A DNA stretch of 64,000 bases from Octopus vulgaris (Eukaryota): assembly GCA_951406725.2 (NCBI GenBank), contig OX597819.1, positions 111,352,001-111,416,000 on the forward strand, given 5' to 3'. Made by a program: the position numbers and the translations under genes. Each line of letters begins with the position of its first letter. Within the stretch, counting starts at the first letter, position 1. The notes below the pieces were generated by a model. The model was not told the DNA's origin. It saw only the letters and a list, made by a program, of their open reading frames with translations, and did not search any database. Shown here piece after piece: positions 53,930 through 64,000 of this stretch.

Positions 53930-54660
53930 CATACATATATATACATTATTTATATTATATTTATTTAATTGAACACCACGCATCCATTTCCAAGTAAGTA
54001 TTTCTTAACCTTTTCGATGCGACTCTACCCTTTACTGTTTTCCCCGCCGTCCTTCTCTAATTACCTTTTTCTTCTCCTCCAACTTTCACCGTTTTCTATC
54101 TGTTTCTCTGTCCCCCTCTTTTCTCTCTCTCCTTGCACATACGTAACCATCATCCATCTTTCTTTTCCTGCACGGACGTTCAAAGTACTGGACGTTTTCT
54201 TTCTCTCTCTTGTATCTTTTCTGTTTTCAAAGAGTATATTTCTCCCAGTGTTCACTGTTTTCCTCTTGTTCTGGTCCTCTCGGATTCCTTGTATGTCTCC
54301 ATTGTTCTGTTTTTGTTCCCAACTTTGACCCCCCCCCCCGTAAATCCTAAATTTCATCTTTGAATTTATGGTGCAACAATCTTTGAAGACTCATATTGAC
54401 GTTGAATGCTCGAAATGAGGCATAGATAGACAGCCAGCAACTGATGAAGGGTCGTCTTTCTGTGTTTACTTTTTTACATTTTTTCTGTCTCGTTGTTTAC
54501 CTATTTAACTCGTATCTTTTCGCATTTCATGTTGTCTACACTGTTGGTAATGTCCTGTACCCATATATGCATGTATGTATGTATGCATGTATACACATAT
54601 ATATATAATTTATATTATATTTATTTAATTGAACGCCAAGTATCCATTTCCAAGTACGTT
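53655..54660. mobile_element. Partial tandem plus inverted repeat unit (PLE-like architecture)
   Basis: 53655-53770 is an inverted copy of ~54425-54545; ~53945-54000 is repeated directly at ~54605-54658. Confidence 0.55.
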
Positions 54661-54832
54661 TATATGTATATATATATATATACATACATATAAGTACTTA
54701 TCTTGAATGTATATAATGCATTAATTTGCCTGTATGGCTGATAACTCGCTTGCCAAACGTAATGGTATTTTAATAATACCATCCCTTCTTATATATGTGT
54801 GTTAATTAAAGGAGTGGAAGAGGTCAAATTCA

Positions 54833-54915
54833 GGCTACATATGTTTCCTAGTTAGTAGATCCTCTAATGCCATAATTACCCAATGAGGAGAACCCAGCTA
54901 ACTAGTCATCAGGCC
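54833..54915 (-). ncRNA. Type I hammerhead ribozyme with long helix II (family H6)
   Basis: GGC-CUGAUGA-CUAGUUAG...CUAACUAG-GAAA-CAUAUG-U-A-GCC; perfect palindrome ACAUAUGU. Confidence 0.8.
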
Positions 54916-55168
54916 AAAGATCCCTAAATTATATGAAGGTTACAGTGTCGATAAGGAATCTCAACTTAACTCGCCAAAGATATGAGTAGTGAAGCCGGAA
55001 GAACAGAGTAGAAAGACCAAATACAATAAACAAAAAAAAAAAGACAAACTAATTTGAGAAGAAATAAGATGTTCAGTAAGTAAGAAATGATGCGCTGAAG
55101 TACTGATTTTTTGTATAAGGCAGCAAACTGGCAAAATCGTTAGCACGTCTGACAAAAAAATGAAAGTG

Positions 55169-55472
55169 GAGGCACATGGCCTAGTGGTTAGAGAAGCGGA
55201 CTCGCGGTCGAGGGATCGCGGGTTCGAATCTCAGACCGGGTGATGTGTGTGTTTATGAGCGAAACACCTAAGCTCCACGCGGCTCCGGCAGAAGGTAATG
55301 GCGAAACTTCTGCTGACTCTTTCGCCACAACTTTCTCTCAATCTTTCCAACTGCATCTTGCTGCTCACCTGCGATGGACCGGCGTCCTATCCAGGTGGGG
55401 AACCTATACGCCAAGAAACCGGGAAACCGGCCCTTATGAGCCAGGCATGGCCCGAGAAGGAACAAACAACAA
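55169..55472 (+). mobile_element. tRNA-derived SINE family C (alternative tail)
   Basis: GGAGGCACATGGCCTAGTGGTTAG..GGTTCGAATC A/B boxes. Confidence 0.88.
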
Positions 55473-55786
55473 CTGATTTTCTGTAGACATAGTAAAGGGA
55501 TCCCAGCTTAATCTTCACAATGACCCTTCCCTTAAAGTCGGCATTCGTCTACACTAAATTCCCCCGTCTCCTCCACCCCTGCTTATTTTCTTTATTCTTA
55601 ACAACTTTAGACAAATTCCCCACTCTCAAATATTTGACCACTTGCGCCACTTTTCTAATTTACTGACCATCTTATTCCTTCAAACATTTGTTTTTTGTTT
55701 TGTTTTTATTTGGTATTTTCTTCTCTGTTCTTCCTGCTTCGCTATTCATTTAAAATGGTAAATTTACCTTCGTATAATTAAGGTGA

Positions 55787-56106
55787 GGGCGCGTGGCTTA
55801 GTGGTTAGGGGCATTCGACTCATGATCATAAGGTCATGAGTTCAATTCTTGGCGGCGCGTTGAGTCCTTGAGCAAGACACTTTATTTCATGTTGCTCCAG
55901 TCCACTCAGCTGGCGAAAATGAGTCGTACCTGTATTTCAAAGGGTCAGTCTTGTCACACTCTGTCACGCTGAATCTCCCCGAGAACTACGTTAAGGGTAC
56001 ACGTGTGTGTGGTGTTCTCAGCCACTTGCATGTTAATTTCACGAGCCAGCTGTTCCGTTGATCGTATCAGCTAGGACCGTCGTCGTCGCAACTGACGGAG
56101 TGCTCC
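55787..56106 (+). mobile_element. tRNA-derived SINE family D
   Basis: GGGCGCGTGGCTTAGTGGTTAG..GAGTTCAATTC; homologous to 4945-5256. Confidence 0.88.
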
Positions 56107-56119
56107 TATTTAATTAAAG

Positions 56120-56231
56120 TATCATCGGCTCGATGTGTAGCTACCTGAGTAGTCCTCACTGAGTAATTATTACATCAGAGGATCTCCTAGCTCGGAAACA
56201 TATGTAGGCTGGATTTTACCTGCTCCACTCC
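56120..56231 (+). ncRNA. Degenerate inverted copy of HHR family H6
   Basis: Colinear with the reverse complement of 54811-54920; core decayed (UCGAUGU) but GAAACAUAUGUA intact. Confidence 0.55.
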
Positions 56232-56555
56232 CTCAATTTGGATTTTTATTCGCATTCATAGCAACTCAAGTTGCTAACGTGAGCTGCGAAACACATTTTT
56301 TCAGTATATTGAACTCCGATGTGAAATAAGCCTACAACTTTCGTCACCAATACATTTCTATTGTTTCATAGCGTTGCTTTTTATACCTACCACGCACTGC
56401 TTGAAGTTTACTAACTTTCTACACTTATATATATATATATATACATATATATATTTATATATGTGTGTGTGTGGGTGTGTGGGTGTGGGTGTGTGTGTGT
56501 GTGAGTGTGCATGTGTGTGTATATTAGTGTATATATGTATATATTCACACACACT

Positions 56556-56579
<24 letters not shown>

Positions 56580-56591
<12 letters not shown>

Positions 56592-56827
56592 TGAGAATAT
56601 GTGTGTGTCTGTCTGTCTGTGTGAATCCCTAAAACTTGAGAACTACACAACCAATTTCATTCAAATTTTACACATGCCTTACTTAGGGTCCATGTAGTGT
56701 CATGGGCAAAAAAGAATGTTCAACTTCTTGCCTAGGGCGACCCCAGAGCAATATCACATCTCCACTATTTCAGTATTACGTGTTAAAAGTGAAACAAAAG
56801 CATCTCTCTATTGTATGTATATGGATG

Positions 56828-56882
<55 letters not shown>

Positions 56883-57505
56883 ATATATATATAGATGTAT
56901 ATGTATACATGTATATGTATAGCTGTATATGTATACATGTATATGTATAGATGTATTTCTATAGATATACATGTATATGTAAACATATATGTCTAGATGT
57001 ATATATAGATGTACATGTAATATGTACACACATATATATATACATATATATATACATGCATACATATATACACCCATACACAGATCGATCCACCCACCCA
57101 CACATACACACACACACACATAGGTGCAGGTTTGGCTGTGTGGTAACAAACTTGGTTCCAAAACACATGGTCCTCAGTTCAGTCCTACTGTGTGGTAACT
57201 TGGCATGTGTCTTCTGCTATAGCCTCAGACCAACAGAAGCCTTGTCAGAGGATTTTGTAGATAGAAACTGAAAGAAATCAATTGTATGTATATGCATGAA
57301 TATATGTAAGTCTATGTGTGTGTGTCTTTGTGTTTCTCCCTCATCACTGCTTCACAACTGGTGTTAGTTTATTTACATCCCCATAACTTACTAGTTTCAC
57401 AAGAAGAAACTGATACAATAAGTACCAGGCTTATCAAAATGTAAAAAAGCACTACGAAGTGTCTCATATTTTTGTTTGCCCCTCAGTTGTATCTATCAAT
57501 TTATC

Positions 57506-57555
<50 letters not shown>

Positions 57556-58151
57556 TCTATGTGTGTGTGTGTGTATACATATATATATATATACATATAT
57601 GTATACACACACACACACACATATATATATATAACATAGTTCTTGAACCGGTACTTCAAGTAACGACTAGGGTAGGGTAACTGACTGCTTATTGTGATCA
57701 TTCGTCTTTTGGTTTCCTGTAGCTTTGCTCTCTTTTACAAACCCAGTGAACATATATTTCCTATTTCAAAGAAATTCAAATAATAGATATAAGACACAAG
57801 TTAAAAATATTTTCAACAATTCAACTTCTCTGGTTGACATTAAGATGCCCACCCCCAACAGGGGCCTTAACTCTCACATTTTAGAGCTCCATGACTTTCA
57901 TTTTTTAGGAGCAAAATCTTTTTAACAGGTTCAATAACACTGGAATTTTGGAATATGCGCATAAAAATCAGTAGTATGGGATACATGTGGTACGATTACA
58001 AATTTTTTAGGGTGTGTTAAAGGGAAATAACCCTCATCTGCAATTTTCATGAAATTCGAAACATAGATATTCCAGTTCATTACAGAAAATATAACAGAAA
58101 AGTCTAATTCTTCAATTGAATGTAACCGGGCAACGCCGGTATTTTTGCAAG
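56580..58151 (+). mobile_element. Non-autonomous Helitron-like element with a nested SINE
   Basis: 5' TATATAAAA followed by (CTGT)n; 3' hairpin ACCGGGCAACGCCGGT (58125-58140) shortly before CAAG (degenerate CTAG). Confidence 0.65.
57121..57432 (+). mobile_element. SINE family A, diverged, nested in the Helitron
   Basis: Homology to 2513-2978. Confidence 0.8.
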
Positions 58152-58211
58152 CATATATATATATATATATATATACATAAATATGCATATATATAAATAC
58201 ATATATATATG

Positions 58212-58251
<40 letters not shown>

Positions 58252-58287
58252 AATATACATATATATGTATTTATATATATGTATATT

Positions 58288-58319
<32 letters not shown>

Positions 58320-58393
58320 AATATACATATATATAAATACATATATATATGTATGTATATATATATATAAATGCATATATATATATACATATA

Positions 58394-58441
<48 letters not shown>

Positions 58442-58645
58442 GCGTGTGTGCCTGTCTCCCTGTCTCTCTGTATTTGTGCGTGTGGGAGGTGCATGAATGT
58501 ATATACACATGTGTGGATTTGTTTAATTTATGATACCTTTTTCTGTATACATCCGTTAATGCAACAAAAACCATTCTTATACACAGACACACATATAAAT
58601 AACACATATATGTGTGTGTGAGTGTGTGTGTACATATATATTTAT

Positions 58646-58693
<48 letters not shown>

Positions 58694-59173
58694 GCATATG
58701 TTTATATATATATGTGGTAATATATATATATATATATGTATATATGTATATGTATGTATGGATTGTATGCATATATATATATATACATATGAATTTGAGT
58801 GTGAATGTGTGAGTGAGTGTGTGTGGGCCTGTTTGTGTGTGTGTGTTTGAGTGTAACGTCAATGACAAAATTGTGATGTAGGTTTATTTATAAGTGTATT
58901 TATGAATTTTGGACATGTTTGTTTGTCTGTCTGTCTGTCTGTATTAATGTATGTATGTATGTATGTATGTATGTATGCATGTATGCATGCATATATGTAT
59001 GTGTGAATGTACGTGTGAATGTACACATATCTGTATGTTTGTTTGTATGTATATATATGCGTATATATGTATATACATTTATATATGCAAAGAAAGAGAC
59101 ACGTTTATTACATAATTATATTTGTATGATTTCGCATTTGTATGAATGAATTGAGGTCGCTTTATTATCTTTT

Positions 59174-59174
<1 letters not shown>

Positions 59175-59229
<55 letters not shown>

Positions 59230-59245
59230 CCTATCTACCTATCTG

Positions 59246-59316
<71 letters not shown>

Positions 59317-59386
59317 GTTTACCTTTCTTTCTGTCTGTCTTTTTTCTTTCTTTCAGTCTGTCTATCTATCTATCTATTTTCTATCC

Positions 59387-59466
<80 letters not shown>

Positions 59467-59588
59467 CTTTATCTCCATCTCTCTCTCTCTATCTCTCTCT
59501 ATCTCTATCTCTCCCTCTCTTTCTCTACTCACACACACACAGATATATAGACAGATAGATAGATAGACAGACAGACAGACAGTCAAAC

Positions 59589-59629
<41 letters not shown>

Positions 59630-59664
59630 CATACATACATACATACATACATACATACATACAG

Positions 59665-59747
<83 letters not shown>

Positions 59748-59760
59748 GAGACTGATAGAT
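59175..59760. repeat. (TCTA)n followed by the inverted (TAGA)n array
   Basis: Seen directly. Confidence 0.9.
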
Positions 59761-60826
59761 ATGTACAAATATACATGTTTGTGTGTATGTTTAAATATAT
59801 ATGTTTGTGTGTATGTGAAATTCAGTCTGTGTCGCGATGTATAGACATGTGTGATTGTCTTGAATGGATTTATTTATAACTTTGTAAATGTACACACGTC
59901 ATCAGTATAAACAATCTTAAACAGTATACATACGTGTGAACATGTATATCTCATGCACGTATACATAAATCAGAGTGTTTGCATGTATGAATATATGTTT
60001 ATGCATGCGTCAAAGTGTTCGTGCGTGTGCGAATGTATGTATGTGTTTGCGTGTGTCTATATGATTGATCGGTTGTGAGTGTGTATATAATGAATATAAA
60101 CATTCTCTTAGTGTGAGTGTAGTTAGGGTTTTGCCTCTGTATAGTTTTCTGTGTCTGTGCGAGCGTGTATATTTGTATATGCTACTGTTAAACATCGTCA
60201 TTGTAAATATTATGTGATTGTGTCAATGTGTACATGTGTACATGTGTGTATAAGCCTGAGTATCTCTGTGTGTGTGTTTAACAGTTTCCTTGACTGTGGG
60301 TGTATATGCCCGTGTTTATCTATCTATATCGCGTCAGTATAAACACATCTTCGCCATATGTATGCCTACCTTTCTTTGCATTTTCCCGGAACTGTGGAAC
60401 ATATATATATACACACACACATGTATAAATGTGGTTGTATGTATGTATATAAAGACAGAAACACACATACTCAAATTCATATTATATGCACATGTATGCA
60501 TGTATGTATTTGTGTAGGCATGTAGGTATCTGTACATATCACTGAGGACCAAATACGCGTGTGTGTGTGTGTGGTTGAAAAATTATCTGAGGCTGTGCGC
60601 ATATAGACTGCGGAAAGGGGAAGAAAACCGCTGAGGTGTGTGTAAACCTCGGGTAGAGACATCAATATGGAGTCCATTTCCGGTTCTGCTTGACTATATC
60701 CGGTCGTCTGGCACATATTCTTGTTAGTAAACACTGCAAGTTGTCTCCGATCTTGTTGTCAGCTTCGACAAGGAGCAAAAAATAATAAATAAAACAAAAT
60801 GAAGTACTAATCACACTGATGATAAC

Positions 60827-60888
<62 letters not shown>

Positions 60889-60994
60889 CAATAACAGCAA
60901 CAACAGCAATAATGATAATAATAATAAAATGGTATCAATAGTGCTGGTGGTGGTGGTGGTGGTGGTGGTGGTGGTAGTAGTGGTGGTGGTGGTG

Positions 60995-61054
<60 letters not shown>

Positions 61055-61464
61055 ACAACAATAATAATAACACCAACAACTAACAATATAAACGAATTGG
61101 AAAAGAAAAAGCAAAAAATATAAATAAAATTAGAGAAAAGGCAAATAAAAAAAAGAAAGGATAATTCAATAACATCAACAACAGCAACAACAACAACAGC
61201 GATGACGATAACAATGATTAGAGAAAGTAAGGAAGCGAAGTACAGTGACAAATCAAAATGGCTACTGCTGTTTCTTGTCAGCGTTTTCAACGGGTGAGGT
61301 CTGTGTTTATGGCAACTTTCAGATGGCGCGAATGAAGAAAGGAAGGAAACGGGTAGCTCTTTAAATTTAGATTACAAAACCCGGTGATGGAGGCAGTGAT
61401 GGTGCGTGGGTGGGGGTGGGTGAGTGAGAAACGGATTGCTTGCGAGTGTGTGTGTGTGTGTGAT

Positions 61465-61545
61465 AAATAACGAAGCATTTGGTTGGTTGGCTGAGTTTTA
61501 TAAGGATTGAATCAAGGCCTGTTGATGCGAACCAAGACGTCGTTG
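61465..61545 (-). promoter_or_regulatory. Possible TATA-containing Pol II promoter
   Basis: TATAAAA at 61496-61502 (minus strand) with a GACGTC CRE-like site upstream, in unique CpG-richer sequence; motif-only evidence. Confidence 0.2.
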
Positions 61546-61581
61546 TTAGACGGAAAAATTGTAAGGCGTGGTGCGGTGCAA

Positions 61582-61995
61582 TACTCTTTTTACTCTTTTA
61601 CTCTTTTACTTATTTCAGTCAGTTGACTGCGGCCATGCTGGAGCACCGCCTTTAGTCGAGCAACTCGACCCCGGGACTTATTCTTTGTAAGCCCAGTACT
61701 TATTCTATCGGTCTCTTTTGCCGAACCGCTAAGTGACGATGACATAAACACACCAGCATCGGTTGTCAAGCAATGCTAGGGGGACAAACACAGACACACA
61801 AACATACACGCACACACATATATATATATACATATATTCGACGGGCTTCTTTTAGTTTCTGTCTACCAAATCCACTCACAAGGCTTTGGTCGGCCCGAGG
61901 CTATAATAGAAGACACTTGCCCAAGGTGCCACGCAATGGGACTGAACCCGGAACCATGTGGCTGGTAAGCAAGCTACTTACCAGACAGCCACTCC
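61582..61995 (-). mobile_element. SINE family A
   Basis: Reverse-complement homology to 2513-2978; a second partial tail follows at ~62010-62200. Confidence 0.9.
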
Positions 61996-62274
61996 ATTTA
62001 TTTATGCATTTCTTTCTTCTTCCTTGATTCTATCGGCGGATTGCGGCCACGCTGGAGCACCACCTTGAAATGTTTATTCGAACAAATCCATCCCAGTACT
62101 TTCGTTTTAAGGCTCGCACTTAACTTATCGGCCCCTTTCACCGAACCGCTATGTTACGAAGATGTTAACAAACCAAGAACGGTTGACACGCGATAGTGGG
62201 TTGATAAATACATGCATAAAACACACAAATACACACATACATACCTACACACACTAACACAGACGAGTATACTC

Positions 62275-62327
<53 letters not shown>

Positions 62328-62331
<4 letters not shown>

Positions 62332-62760
62332 AAATGGGACAAGAACGCAAAACATCCGGACAACTAGGTGATACAAAAAGGGACAACAAAACATCCAGAT
62401 AGACGATACAAAGAAAACAAGGACGGGTCATTCGAAGTTTTCTATCTTCAGTCAAGAACCAGATTATCCTTGCAATTTCGGCTGATTATTCTTGAGATTG
62501 CTCCAATCTGACCAGCCCCAAGGAAAAACTAAGCTAAGAGCATTAGATTCCTTGGAAGAAAGCGGCCAATGTATAAAAAAACAAGGACGGAAAAAACAGA
62601 CAATGTCACACAAATATGAATACAATAAAAAAAAAAAATAATAATAAGAGGACATAACAACAGGTGTCTTTCGACTAAGGACGAATTGAATTAAGTTGGC
62701 GCATGTGGAAATGAAGCCTTACGGCAGAGTTACAAAGGTTTCACAGACACAGGGAAGAAT
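62328..62760 (-). mobile_element. Family Z unit (longest copy)
   Basis: (TA)n on both sides; homologous to 41826-41988 and 48811-48960. Confidence 0.7.
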
Positions 62761-63240
62761 ATATATATACTGAGTTAGAAAACTCTGAGTTAGAGAACTC
62801 TGATGGATACAAATAAATTTCTGCATTTTAAATACCTTATAAGGAAAATCATCAGGGTTTTCAGAGGATAATAAGGATTACATTAGGATATTTTCAGAAT
62901 CTATAGAACATGTTTACTATGTTTGTATGTATATGTACTTATACACATATTAAACATGTTTATATATTCTGTATTTAAAATGCAAAAAGCTATTTTTATA
63001 TAGATTATGTAATTTTAACTTTATTTGAGAAAGGAAATAATTGTTGGTTAATATGTTGACTAATTCATGAACTAATTTGTATCCATTAGAACTCTCTATT
63101 TTCTATCTCAATAAAAATGTCTGATATCTTACGATATTCTAAATAATATATTGCTTGGAGGATTTTCTCTTCATAATTTAATATATTAAATCATTGTATC
63201 TTGAATAAGTGTCCCTACAAGAGGTTTGAATATCCTTATT

Positions 63241-63699
<459 letters not shown>

Positions 63700-64000
63700 G
63701 GATAGATAGATAGATAGATATACATATATATACATATTTGAGGAAAACCACTATGTGCACGCCTTTATGCTAGAAATAGATCCGCTATGGTCTTACCACT
63801 AAGAAATGTTCTCAAGAAAAATTTAGCAAAACAACCAAAACGTACTCAAGCAAGACAAAAGAAAAAGCAAAAAAAAAAACATGGATTATTCGCATACATG
63901 TTTCACTATCAACAAATTACGTAATTTTACTTACATAAATGTACGTACATCATCGGTGCGACCGTCCAGATGAATATAATTTGTAGGACTGCATACTAGG

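Noticed and set aside
55169-55245. tRNA-like sequences (also at 5858, 55787 and 2513)
   Set aside because: SINE heads continuous with SINE bodies; no complete cloverleaf
62440-62500. SECIS-like hairpin (some PLEs encode selenoproteins)
   Set aside because: No AUGA/GA quartet at the stem base on either strand

Overview
Eukaryotic, AT-rich, essentially non-genic DNA (intergenic or a very large intron) saturated with microsatellites ((TA)n, (TACA)n, (TAGA)n, (ATC)n, (TTA)n, (GGT)n). The repeat landscape points to an octopus/cephalopod genome; this is an inference and no search was run. I found no intact host gene, and almost all ORFs in the track are microsatellite translations. Recognisable elements are four tRNA-derived SINE families (~20 copies), R4/Dong-type RLE retroelement fragments inside (TAA)n arrays, RTE and CR1/L2-like LINE 3' ends, decayed Tc1, mariner, maT-like and Tc2-like DNA transposons, a non-autonomous Helitron and a MITE. 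The most striking signal is about 12 type I hammerhead ribozyme (HHR) motifs from 6-7 sequence-distinct families. They sit in small non-coding units mostly embedded in (TA)n, all have palindromic or near-palindromic helix III, and some show compensatory base changes. Several are arranged as inverted duplications, the best being a ~99% identical 263-bp inverted repeat at 33.6-34.4 kb with an intact HHR in each arm. This looks like a diverse population of (TA)n-associated retrozyme or Penelope-pLTR-like non-autonomous retroelements. A second candidate system is a ~550-bp non-coding element that is chained with Dong fragments in (TAA)n arrays. All structures were folded by eye and none was tested.
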